A stretch of DNA of 58,954 nucleotides. It comes from an uncultured Truepera sp. Its GTDB lineage: Bacteria; Deinococcota; Deinococci; Deinococcales; Trueperaceae. Shown in pieces: positions 1-9,352 of the stretch. Location: contig CADCWP010000001.1 in NCBI GenBank assembly GCA_902806425.1, positions 510-59,463 on the forward strand, given 5' to 3'. The first letter of the stretch is position 1, and each line of letters begins with the position of its first letter. The notes under the pieces were generated by a model, which saw nothing but the letters and a program-made list of their open reading frames with translations, made no database searches and was not told where the DNA came from. The translations under genes and the position numbers were made by a program.

Positions 1-2
1 CC

Positions 3-101
3 TCCGGCGACATCAACCCCGGGCGTACCGCCACGATGAACTTCATCCGCTGGGTGACCGGAATCAGTGACGAGGCAGCCATCGAGGCGTCTTCGCAGTA
101 G
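3..101 (+). CDS. 3' end of a CDS entering from the left edge (unknown product)
   Basis: Open frame [32 protein letters not shown] ending at TAG 99-101 with GC-rich third positions; too short to assign. Confidence 0.45.
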   Translation, partial: SGDINPGRTATMNFIRWVTGISDEAAIEASSQ

Positions 102-262
102 TGACCGGTCGGTAGGAGCGCGCTAGAGAAGCCCAGCGCATCAACGGCCTGATACCTGCTCAAGGTACGGAAAGCTGGGCTTACGTCCACCCTGGTTGGT
201 ACCTAAGTAGCGGTGATCGCCGTGAGTCGGAAGAAACCAGAAGATGTTCATGTTTCCCTTTC

Positions 263-1213
263 TTATCGAGCGTCCGGCCTCCATAGCCAGACGGCGTCTT
301 GGACAGTGACGGCTTGAGGGATCACGCCGAGGTTAAAAAGGGTGTCGGCGACCCCTTGTTGGCTCGCTATAATCTCCGGAGTAAGGGGCTCGAGGTCGTA
401 AAACTCGCGGCCCGCATAGGTTTCGTTCCAAACCTCGGCGGGGATGCCGGTGTCCTCTTCGAGTAGCGTGTAGTACTCGGCGCGGTGCGCGTCGGCCCAG
501 TCGGTTGCGGCTTGATGCTGCTCGAGGATGCGCGCAAGCAGATCGGGATGCTCGTCGACAAACGCCTCGGCGGCCAGGTAACAACTGCGCCCGTCGACCA
601 GTTCGCGCCGGGTGACGAGTGTTCTTGCGCCCAGGTCGAGCTGCGCCGAGGTCAAAAACGGTGCCCAGATTACCCAGGCGTCGACGCTGCCCCCCTGAAA
701 CGCGGCGCGTGCGTTCTAGGGTGCCAAGGGTACGCTCTCGATGTCGTCCAAGCTCAAGCCGACGGACCCTAGCGCCTTGACTAAGGTGTAGTTCGCTGAC
801 GAGCCCACCGTGTAGGCGACCTCTTTGCCCTCCAAGCCTTCCAAACTTCGAATATCGGAGCCCTCCGGTACGATCACCGCCTCGTCGCTGAGACTCCGCT
901 GGCCCGCCACATAGCGCAGCGGTACGCCTGCGGCCTGGGCGAAAACCGGCGGAGAGTCTCCCGTACTGCCGAAGTCAATGGCCCCGGCGTTCATCGCTTC
1001 GAGCAGGGGCGGCCCTGCCGGGAAGAGCGTCCATGAAACCCGAACATCGTCACCGAGCGCGTTTTCGATAAGCTGCTCCGCTCTAAGTAGGGTGCTGAGA
1101 CCTCCGCGCGGATAGCCGAGCCACACTTCGGTCTGGGCTAGGGAGAACGGGAGTAAAAAGGCTAAACCCACGAGTAGGGCAAAGCCAGTTACACCTCTCA
1201 TAGTAGGTACCAT
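263..1213 (-). pseudogene. ssuA: Aliphatic sulfonate ABC transporter substrate-binding protein (SsuA-like) interrupted by one in-frame TAG at 716-718
   Basis: ORFs 716..1213 and 263..655 share a frame and read ...ESVPLAP*NARAAFQGGSVDAWVIWAPF...; signal peptide; motifs FPAGPPLLEAMNAGAIDFG, GDSPPVFAQAAG, SQQGVADTL. Confidence 0.8.
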
Positions 1214-1332
1214 CTGGTTTGAGCCAGAATCGGTCTACTCTGCACTGTTTGGCACGCACTTTAGGTAATGATACCTGCGTTCGGCCAGTTCAGTATTTAC
1301 TGGAACCGCTCTCACTGTGATCCCGTCGGTTG

Positions 1333-2248
1333 TTACTGCCAGACAGCGTCTTGCACGTTGATCTCGGACGGTAAGCTGCCGACGGCGAAGAAAGTATCGG
1401 CGACGGCCTGCTGACTCTCGATCAGTTCAGGTGTAATCGGTTCGGTATCTCTAAACTCACGGGCTGCGAGAATTTCGGCCCAGACCTCGTTTGGGATTCC
1501 GGTTTCGGCAGTGAGTAGTCCGCGTAGCCGTCCGGGTTGTCACGAATCCAGTCAGTCGCTACCTGAAGCTGCTCCAAGACGACGTTCAGGACGTCGGGGT
1601 AGTCCTCGGTAAAGGTTTGCGACGCTAGATAGAACCAGCGGTACTCGCCGACGTCGTAGCGAGTGATGAGCGTACGCGCCTCCAGCTCCTGTGTCGCTGA
1701 GGTTAAGAACGGGTCCCAGATGGCCCAAGCGTCCAGGTTCCCGCCCTGAAACGCTGCGCGAGCGTCCGCCGGGGCGAGCGGCACGCTCTCGAAGTCGTCT
1801 AACGTCAGACCCACCGTCTCTAGAGCCTGCACCATAAAGTAGTTTGCCGATGACCCGGCTGCGTACGCTACTTGTTTGCCCGCCAGGTCAGCAATGCTCT
1901 GAATGTCCGAACTTTCGGGACGATAAGTGCTTCTCTTGACACTGCACGTTGGGCAGCGGCGTACCGAAAGGGTACCCCGCCTGCTTGGGTGAAGATGGGC
2001 GGCGTGTCACCGGTCCGCGCCATGTCGATGCTACCGGCGCTCAGCGCTTCTAACATGGGCGGTCCTGAGGTAAAGAGCGTCCAGCTGACGGTGACGCCGT
2101 CACCGAGAGATTTCTCGAGCAGCCCTTATTCGATCAAGACGGCGGCGAAATCACCCCGCTGATAACCTAGGCGGACTTCAGTTTGGGCAGAAACGGGTGC
2201 TGCAAGCCATGTGAGCAGGGCCAAGCCAATACCGACGTAACGTGACAT
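1333..2248 (-). pseudogene. ssuA: Second SsuA-like binding protein, decayed (in-frame TAA at 2126-2128; frameshifts near 1912 and 1520)
   Basis: Reconstructed MSRYVGIGLALLTWLAAPVSAQTEVRLGYQRG..IE*GLLEK..GPPMLEAL..; middle ORF 1422..1835 has DAWAIWDPF; shifted tail ETGIPNEVWAEI..SQQAVADTFF..VQDAVWQ* ends at 1333; GGGAG RBS before ATG 2248. Confidence 0.8.
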
Positions 2249-2492
2249 AAAACTCCCCGTATATGAACAAGCGGAGTTTAGGTTGGCTTGGAGAGCTCAG
2301 CGGCGAATAAGAAGAGAAGCTCTGAAGCGTCTCTTGGGCTAAGCTACTTTGGTCTATCGGGTTTGTCAACTGATGACGCACATCGCTCCGACTGTAGGTG
2401 CATGTAAGCGCTGTATAACCGAACAGGTGTCTCGGTTTATCGGCAGCTTGAGAAAGGGTGGGGTAAAAAGAAGCGTGTTCGCGAGCAGCATC

Positions 2493-2760
2493 TGGCGGTA
2501 TTTGCAAAAACTGAGGTAAATTAGGCGCATTCGCAGGATGTACGAGAACGACTTGCCAGGGTGGTCAGAGATCATGGGCTGAGCAAGAGCGAGGCGGTGT
2601 TCAGTCCGCCGTCAGACAGTCCACAGTTACCTGAAGTTGGTTAAGGGGGTGGGCTCGAGCCGAAGCAACCCAAAGTATGTAGCCCAAAGAAGCGCACGGT
2701 GTTCAACTTGACCCTGGTTTGTGGCGCTTGTTCAAACGTTCGGGGGTGAGCTGGAACCGG
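2493..2760 (+). mobile_element. Degenerate IS630-family transposase N-terminal (HTH) remnant
   Basis: Across frameshifts reads AHSQDVRERLARVVRDHGLSKSEA / VRRQTVHSYLKL / GGLEPKQPK / GLWRLFKRSGVSWNR, resembling IS630 ORF1 HTH segments; no start codon, no DDE domain. Confidence 0.55.
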
Positions 2761-3030
2761 GGCGTTGGCACGGTGCCGTGAAGCTTGACGTTGAGGATGG
2801 GGCAAAAAGGGCGGCCCCTTGTCCATCTAAGCTGAGCGCAGGGTGCTTGAAACGGGAAAAGTCTCGCCCACAGTATATCTAAACCCCCGCTAAGGTGTGA
2901 ATTTATGCCGACTGAGTGAGTTCTTGAACGGCAGTTTCCTTCACGCTCAAATCCACTTGTCATCAAAAAGTACATTTGCGTCAAGGCTGAAGTTGCCCGC
3001 CACCTCATCTGCCGTACACTATCCGTACCC

Positions 3031-4044
3031 GTGGCGAAACCGACCCCAAAAGTGACGATGGCCGATGTGGCGCGGGCGGCGGGCGTCTCCAAGCAGACCG
3101 TCTCTAGGGTCTTAAACGGTACCGGCTCGACGAGCGCCGCGACAACCGCCCACATAGAGCGGCTTATTCGCGACCTCGGCTACCGCCCGAGCGGCGTCGC
3201 GCGAAGTCTGGCGACCAACTCGAGCCTCACCTTGGGCCTGATCGTCCCCGCCCTCGACAACCCCTACTACGCCGAGGTCGCGCAGGGCGCCGAACTCGCG
3301 GCTTGGGAGGGCGGTTACAACCTCCTGCTCAGCAACGTCTTTCACGACTCCTTGCGCGAGGAGGCGGCGCTACGCTCGCTTCAAGATAGAGGCGCCGACG
3401 GTGTGATCTTGGACACTCCGAGGCTACCGGACGCGCGGCTTTTTGCGCTTTTAGACGCTTTCAAGGCGGCAGTCGTCACTGGGCGCACGGTGCCGCCCGA
3501 GGTCGCCGGTAGCATCGTCGTTGACGACGCGGCGGGGATTACTCTGGCGCTCAGGCGTTTGGCGGCGGCGGGTCGGCGGCGTATCGCGTTTCTGGCCGCG
3601 CCCGAGCGTTTTGCCAGCAGCCGGGTGCGGCGGGAGGCGTTCGTCCGGGCGGAGACCGAGCGCGGCACCTTTAGCCCCGAGCGGGTGCTCAGCGCCGAAG
3701 CGAGCCCCGAGGCGAGCTACCAGCGGATCAGGCATTCGGGTGCGGGCGGCGAGTTCGACGCGCTTTTATGCTTTAACGACGTCATGGCAGCGGGCGCGCT
3801 CCGGGCGCTCCACGACGCCGGGGTAGGGGTACCGGACGAGGTCGCGGTAGTCGGCCACGACGACATCCCGATGGCGGCTTGGCTGCACCCGCCTCTCAGC
3901 ACGCTCCACATTTCAAAACAGGCGCTAGGCGTCAGCGCCGTGCGGCTGCTTTTAGAGCGCTTGGGGGGGCACATTCGGCCTTTACAGACTGTCCTCACCC
4001 CCGACCTCACCGTGCGAGGCAGTACCGGCACCTTGCCGGAGTAG
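3031..4044 (+). CDS. LacI-family transcriptional regulator
   Basis: HTH VTMADVARAAGVSKQTVSRVLNG, hinge LGYRPSGVARSL, C-terminal VAVVGHDD..PPLST; TACACT -10 shortly upstream. Confidence 0.95.
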   Translation: MAKPTPKVTMADVARAAGVSKQTVSRVLNGTGSTSAATTAHIERLIRDLGYRPSGVARSLATNSSLTLGLIVPALDNPYYAEVAQGAELAAWEGGYNLLLSNVFHDSLREEAALRSLQDRGADGVILDTPRLPDARLFALLDAFKAAVVTGRTVPPEVAGSIVVDDAAGITLALRRLAAAGRRRIAFLAAPERFASSRVRREAFVRAETERGTFSPERVLSAEASPEASYQRIRHSGAGGEFDALLCFNDVMAAGALRALHDAGVGVPDEVAVVGHDDIPMAAWLHPPLSTLHISKQALGVSAVRLLLERLGGHIRPLQTVLTPDLTVRGSTGTLPE

Positions 4045-4168
4045 AGGCGCTTCGCACGGATTTGCGTACAGGTAACGAACCACAAACTAGCTGCTGAACG
4101 TAACTTGCTATCTTAAATGTTTGAGCCAGGTGCCGCCTACTTACAAAGACTTTAGGGTTCATTAAGCT

Positions 4169-4196
4169 TAGAAGTCCCCACAGTGAAGGGCTTCTA
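4169..4196. terminator. Hairpin between convergent LacI gene and treY
   Basis: TAGAAGTCCC..GGGCTTCTA imperfect inverted repeat; weak U-tract. Confidence 0.4.
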
Positions 4197-4219
4197 TACG
4201 CGGAAACGTTACGCCGTAC

Positions 4220-6880
4220 TTACTCCGTGCTGAGGAGGACGGCAAACGGCAGCGGCAACTCGCCTAAGCTGAACGTATCTTGCGTAAACCGCTGACCGGA
4301 GAGCAGCTCGAGCCAGCTCCTCCCGCGGAGCGGTTCGGGCAGCTCTACCGTTACGGCGCTCAGGTCGGTCTCGGCGGACCTTTTGGGAAAGCGCGTGACG
4401 AAGGTTAGCAGCGCCTCGCCGCCCCCTTCACGTGCGTAAGCGACCAGGTGTTCGCATCCCGAACCGCTCGCGCTCAGGTCGCGGTACTCTCCGGCGAACA
4501 GCTCCGGGTGCTCGCGCCGGACGCGCAGCAGGTGCGTGCTCAGGTACAGCTTCACCTGCGGGTCTTGCCCTTCAAGCCAGCCCCTAAAGGTTTCGGCGTC
4601 GGGCTCCGCGATAAGAGGCTCGAGGCCGTCGATCAGCCCGCTGCGCGCCTTATAGTCGACCGGGCGGCGGTTGTCGGGGTCGACCAAAGACAGGTCTAGA
4701 AGTTCCGTGCCCTGGTAAAAATCGGGGACGCCGGGGGTCGTGAGCTTGATGATGAGCTGCGCCAGCGTGTTGTAGAAGCCGAGCCGCGCCAGGGTCTGCG
4801 CGAGCGGCTCGAGGACCGAAAGGACCGTTTCGTCCGTTAAAAGCTGTTCGACAAGCCCTTTCACCACCGCTTCGTACTCGATACCCGGGTTCAGCCACGA
4901 GGTCTCTAGCTTGGCCTCGCGCATGGCTTTTTCCATATACGGCAGGAGCCGTTCCTTAAGACCTGCGGGCGTCTCCCCGACCAGAAGCGCCGCGAGGAGT
5001 TGATACAGGAGATAGAGGTCGCTGCCGCCCAGACGGCTCCCGACAAAGGGGACCGTACCGGGGGCGAGGCGCTCCAACTCGAGCGCCCGTTCGTGCAACC
5101 TCATCACCGTCTCCTCCCACAGCTCGGGAACTTCGGCGAGCGCAGCCAAACGCATCCGGGTGTCCTCACCGCGTTTATGGTCGTGGGTGGCGGTCGCCAG
5201 CAGGTTCTCCGGGTAGCGGAAGGCGCGGAAACGGGCGCGGGCGTGAAAGGCGTGCAGTTCCGTAGAGAAGCGCTCGGGTTCGCCCCCGACCTCATTGCGG
5301 GCGGCAAAGGGCAGATAGCGGTAAAAGGTCGTGTCCTCGACGCCCTTGGCGGTGACGGGCGCGGTGTACTGCTGAAAGCGTCCGACGATAGCCCGTCTCG
5401 CGGCCTCCAACTCGCCCTCCCGCTCGTCTAAAAGGCACGCTTCGATAAACGCGTACACCGACTGCTCGGTCGCCTGGTTGTGCCGTTTGGCCGCCGCGAC
5501 TGCTTTGCGGACGATTGTTCTCGCCTCGTCGTGACCGTGCGGCAAGTAGGTGCGGTAGCGCGGAAAGGCGGCGATGGTTTCGGCCAACGCCTCCTGAAGC
5601 GACTGCAAGGTGAAGTCGCGGGTGTGGTAGTCGGCCTCGGCGAGGCGGCCCAACTCGGTCGAGAGTCGCACCAGCTCACCCGCTAAGCTCGTCTCCATCG
5701 CCAGCAGTTTGGCGTCGTGAACTTCGTCCTCATACGGCGTCACCTTGCCCAGGAAGCGGCGGTAGGCGCGCAGCAGGGGCTCTTCGCCGCCCGGATAGAC
5801 GAGCACGCCGAGCACGTCGTTCATAAACTCGTAGCCCGACGTGCCCGCCGTGGCCCAAGTCTCGGGCAGCACTTCGCCCGAGGCCAGGATCTTTTCCACC
5901 CAGGCTTTTTTGACGCCGAGCGCCCCCAGGTTGTCCAGATACCCCTGTGGGTCGAAGAGCCCGTCGATGTGGTCGATACGGACGCCCTCGAGCGCGTCAC
6001 TGAGCGCCAACTCGCCGAGAAGCTTGTGCGACGCCCAGAAGACTTCGGGCGTCTCCATATGCAGCGCGACAAGTTCGTTGATGTCGAAAAACCGGCGGTA
6101 GTTGATGTCGTAACCGGCGGTCTGCCAGTGGGCCAAGCGCCAGAACTGACCCTCTAAAAGCGCGTGCAGGGCGGTAGGCTCGAGCACAGGCAACTCGGTC
6201 AGGTTGAGACGCTCGCCGAGCGCCGCGAGCCGGACCCGGAGCGCCTCGGCCTTTTCAACCTCTTCGGGGGTGAGCGCGGCGTACGCGCCCAGCAGGTCTT
6301 TAAGGTCGAAATAGACGTCGCTGCGCTCAAACCGGGGCAGAAGCGCCTCTAGGAGGACCGGGTAGGTCGCCGGGTTGAGGGCGAAGCGGTTGTCGTAATA
6401 GCTCAGAAAAAAGCGCCCGTCCGCGTACACAAATCCGAACACGCCGCTGTCGACGGCCTCGCCGTAAGAACTGCCTAAAAAGGGCAGCAGGACCTTGTTC
6501 TCCAACTCGGCCTTTAGGGGGTGCCAGTCGATGTCGAAAAAGGCGGCCTGGGGCGACCCCGGCCCGTACGCCAAAACGTCCTGCCAGAGCAGGTTGTGCG
6601 GCCCGACCCCGGCGTGGTTCGGGACGAAATCCAAGATGAACTTGAGACCGTGCGCCCCCGCAGCCGCCATCAGCGCGTCTAGACCCTCACGCCCGCCGAA
6701 CGCCTCGCGCACGCGGTTGTGGTCGATCACGTCGTAACCGTGCAGGCTGCCGCTGCGCGCCTCGGTGATGGGGGAGAGGTAGAGGTGCGACACGCCGAGT
6801 TTGGCAAAGTACGGCAGCAACTCCTGAACGTCGGCGAAGGTAAAGTCCGGGGTCAGTTGCAGACGGTACGAGGCGTTCAT
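4220..6880 (-). CDS. treY: Malto-oligosyltrehalose synthase (GH13)
   Basis: ASYRLQL, HGYDVIDH, DFVPNH, INYRRFFDI, RIDHIDGL, AKGVEDT, TATHDHKRGED, PGVPDFYQG, LVDPDNRRPVD. Confidence 0.97.
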   Translation of the reverse strand: MNASYRLQLTPDFTFADVQELLPYFAKLGVSHLYLSPITEARSGSLHGYDVIDHNRVREAFGGREGLDALMAAAGAHGLKFILDFVPNHAGVGPHNLLWQDVLAYGPGSPQAAFFDIDWHPLKAELENKVLLPFLGSSYGEAVDSGVFGFVYADGRFFLSYYDNRFALNPATYPVLLEALLPRFERSDVYFDLKDLLGAYAALTPEEVEKAEALRVRLAALGERLNLTELPVLEPTALHALLEGQFWRLAHWQTAGYDINYRRFFDINELVALHMETPEVFWASHKLLGELALSDALEGVRIDHIDGLFDPQGYLDNLGALGVKKAWVEKILASGEVLPETWATAGTSGYEFMNDVLGVLVYPGGEEPLLRAYRRFLGKVTPYEDEVHDAKLLAMETSLAGELVRLSTELGRLAEADYHTRDFTLQSLQEALAETIAAFPRYRTYLPHGHDEARTIVRKAVAAAKRHNQATEQSVYAFIEACLLDEREGELEAARRAIVGRFQQYTAPVTAKGVEDTTFYRYLPFAARNEVGGEPERFSTELHAFHARARFRAFRYPENLLATATHDHKRGEDTRMRLAALAEVPELWEETVMRLHERALELERLAPGTVPFVGSRLGGSDLYLLYQLLAALLVGETPAGLKERLLPYMEKAMREAKLETSWLNPGIEYEAVVKGLVEQLLTDETVLSVLEPLAQTLARLGFYNTLAQLIIKLTTPGVPDFYQGTELLDLSLVDPDNRRPVDYKARSGLIDGLEPLIAEPDAETFRGWLEGQDPQVKLYLSTHLLRVRREHPELFAGEYRDLSASGSGCEHLVAYAREGGGEALLTFVTRFPKRSAETDLSAVTVELPEPLRGRSWLELLSGQRFTQDTFSLGELPLPFAVLLSTE

Positions 6881-8649
6881 TCGGCGACCTCGGCGACCTC
6901 GGCGATAAAGGCTCCCGGCGTCCTGAAGCTCACCACGTTGCCCGAGAATTCGGGTTCGCTGCCGTTTACGGCGTAGCGCCCGGACTCGGTGACGAGCACG
7001 GTTTGGAGGTCGTGGGTGAGGGGCAGCGTGGTGTCGCCTCTAAGCGCCACGTAAATCAGATGCTTACCCCGCCGCAAGACCAAGCCCGTGTCTGTCGTAG
7101 TAACAGTTTCGATCCTACCGGAAAGCTTAGGGCGCAGCCTCAGCAGGTCTTGATAAAGCTTGAGCACCCCGGCGTGTTCGGGTTCGCTTTGTTCATCCCA
7201 CGACAGCTTACTCCTCTGGAAGCTTGCCGGGTCCTGCGGGTCGGGAACAATGCCCCGAAAGTCGGGGAAGTCTATAAACTCTCTTTTGCGGCCCTCGCTC
7301 ACGAGTTTACCGAGTTCGGGGTTGTGGTCGGTGAAGTAGATAAAGGGGGTTTTCGTCACCCACTCTTGCCCCTGAAAAAGCAGCGGCAGCTGCGGCGCGA
7401 ATAGCAGCAGCGCACTCGCGGCGCGGTAGGCGGACGGGGGTATCTCGTCGCTTAAACGGTTTCCGCGGGGGCGGTTGCCGATCTGGTCGTGGTTTTGGAT
7501 GCACACGACGAAGTTTTTGGGTGCCAAACCGTCGGTGGGGGTGCCGCGCGCCTCCCCCTGGTTTTCGGACCTCTGGCCGGTATAGAACCAGCCTTGCTCC
7601 AAGGTCTTCGCGATGTCCGCCGGGGTGCCGGTGAAGTCCCGGTAGTAGCTGTGCCGGTCGCCCGCCAGGTTCACCCGCAGCTGATGGTGAAAGTCGTCGG
7701 CCCAGATACCGTCTAGACCGTAACCGCCCCCCTCTCGCGGCAGCGCCAGCTCGCGCAGGTTGCGCGGGTCCTCGGCGATGAGGAGGCGTTTCCAGCCGGG
7801 CACGCTAGCGACGACCTCGACGAGTTCCTCCAGAAAATGCTTGGGTGAATCGTCTACTAAAGCAAAGGTCGCGTCGAGCCGGAAGCCGTCGAAGTGGTAC
7901 TCGCGGAGCCAGTGGACGGCGTTCTCCAGAAAAAACTGCCGTACGTGCTCGGAGCCCGTGTCGTCCAAGTTGATGGCTTGGCCCCAGGGCGTGTGGTGGT
8001 GCGCGGTGAACATCTCCGGGTTAAAGCCGACGACGTACGCGCCGTCCGGCCCGAAGTGGTTGTACACCACGTCAAGGTAGACCGCCAAGCCGACCTCGTG
8101 CGCCGCGTCGACAAACCGCCGCAGGTCGTCCGGCCCGCCGTAGGGGTGCGCGGGCGCGAACTGCGCGGCGGGGTCGTAGCCCCAGTTGCGTTCGCCGGGA
8201 AATGCCGCCAGGGGCATCAGCTCGACGGCGGTGACGCCCAGCTCTTTAAGGTACGGCAGCCTGTCCTGCGCGGCGCGGTAGGTGCCTTCTTGCGTAAACG
8301 TCCCGACGTGCAGTTCGTAGAAGACCAAGTTTTTATGGGGGACACCCATCCAACTCTCGTCGCGCCACCTATACGCCCGTGGGTCGATGACTTCGGAGGG
8401 GCCGTGGACGCCCCCCGGTTGAAACCTCGAGGCCGGGTCGGGCATCTTCGTCCCGTCCTTGGCGAGGTAGTAGCGCGTACCGGGTGGAAGGTCGGGGATA
8501 AGCGCCTCGAAGGTGGCGTCGTCTGTTCTCTGCATCGGGTGGACCCTGCCGTCTTCAAGCGCCACCTCCATCCGGGCGGCGGTCGGCGACACGACGCGGA
8601 AGCGCACGCTCTTCCCCTCTATCGTCGCCCCTAGATACGGGTAGTTCAC
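6877..8649 (-). CDS. treZ: Malto-oligosyltrehalose trehalohydrolase (GH13)
   Basis: PDPASRFQPGGVHGPS, YELHVGTF, RNWGYD, DVVYNHFGP, QNHDQIGNR; GTG start with AAGGAG RBS; 4-nt overlap with treY. Confidence 0.97.
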   Translation of the reverse strand: MNYPYLGATIEGKSVRFRVVSPTAARMEVALEDGRVHPMQRTDDATFEALIPDLPPGTRYYLAKDGTKMPDPASRFQPGGVHGPSEVIDPRAYRWRDESWMGVPHKNLVFYELHVGTFTQEGTYRAAQDRLPYLKELGVTAVELMPLAAFPGERNWGYDPAAQFAPAHPYGGPDDLRRFVDAAHEVGLAVYLDVVYNHFGPDGAYVVGFNPEMFTAHHHTPWGQAINLDDTGSEHVRQFFLENAVHWLREYHFDGFRLDATFALVDDSPKHFLEELVEVVASVPGWKRLLIAEDPRNLRELALPREGGGYGLDGIWADDFHHQLRVNLAGDRHSYYRDFTGTPADIAKTLEQGWFYTGQRSENQGEARGTPTDGLAPKNFVVCIQNHDQIGNRPRGNRLSDEIPPSAYRAASALLLFAPQLPLLFQGQEWVTKTPFIYFTDHNPELGKLVSEGRKREFIDFPDFRGIVPDPQDPASFQRSKLSWDEQSEPEHAGVLKLYQDLLRLRPKLSGRIETVTTTDTGLVLRRGKHLIYVALRGDTTLPLTHDLQTVLVTESGRYAVNGSEPEFSGNVVSFRTPGAFIAEVAEVAE

Positions 8650-8711
8650 GAAAACTCCTTTGGATGATCAAAAAACCTCAAACACGTAAAGGCGGCGCTT
8701 ACACGCCGCAT
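8646..8711 (-). CDS. Putative leaderless 21-aa upstream ORF (MRRVSAAFTCLRFFDHPKEFS) overlapping the treZ start
   Basis: Consensus TATAAT (8723-8718), 6 nt, then ATG; its TGA overlaps the treZ GTG (GTGA). Confidence 0.4.
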   Translation of the reverse strand: MRRVSAAFTCLRFFDHPKEFS

Positions 8712-8770
8712 GAGCCGATTATACCGGAGGGCTTCGGTTTAGAAGTGTCGGCCCAGCGCTTTGTCAACGC

Positions 8771-9334
8771 TCAGCGCACGCGCGCCTGCTCGAGCGCTGC
8801 CAAGATCGCGTCCACGGTAGCTGCAACGCTCAGCGCCGAGGTGTCGAGCCAGAGGCCGAGGCGCGGCGTGTTGTGGCGGAAGGCGCTGTCGAACATGTCA
8901 GGGGTGAATTCAGGAGTGTAGCCGCCCTTGCTACGAGCGGCCGCCCTTGCCGTCACGACCTCAGCGCTTGGGGAGAGGACGACGAGGTAAAGCGGCACTA
9001 TGGGTAGCATCGCCACGACCTCGGGCAGATGCTGACCAAAAACGATGTCCTGATAGATGACGGTAAATCCTGTTTCGAGGTACTGAGGTGCGGCCGTCAC
9101 TGCTAGGCGGTAGCGAAGCGTGAGCTGCGCCGCCGCTTCGGGGGAGAGTTCGGCACTGTTCATCTCCGCCTGTCCGCGCACAATCATCCGGCGAAAGATG
9201 TCGCCGCGCAGGTGGACGCTTTTGGGGAAGCGTTCGGCTAGGGCCTGCCCAACCGTCGATTTTCCCGCTGCACTGATTCCCGTGATGAGAAAGAGGCTCG
9301 GGGTCGTTTGGGCAAGCGGCGGTTCGGGGGACAC
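8771..9334 (-). CDS. P-loop kinase / AAA_33-like phosphotransferase
   Basis: Walker A GISAAGKST, HLRGD.FRRM, LWLDTS; TATGCT 6 nt before GTG. Confidence 0.8.
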   Translation of the reverse strand: MSPEPPLAQTTPSLFLITGISAAGKSTVGQALAERFPKSVHLRGDIFRRMIVRGQAEMNSAELSPEAAAQLTLRYRLAVTAAPQYLETGFTVIYQDIVFGQHLPEVVAMLPIVPLYLVVLSPSAEVVTARAAARSKGGYTPEFTPDMFDSAFRHNTPRLGLWLDTSALSVAATVDAILAALEQARVR

Positions 9335-9352
9335 GGGTACAGCATAAACGGC

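Noticed and set aside
716-718. Pyrrolysine or suppressor recoding of the ssuA TAG by the CUA tRNA-like element
   Set aside because: The element lacks a pairing acceptor stem and CCA, no pyl genes are present, and TAG is the normal stop of many essential genes here.
6881-6905. TCGGCGACC tandem repeat
   Set aside because: Encodes AEVAEVAE at the treZ C-terminus; too short for a VNTR or array claim.
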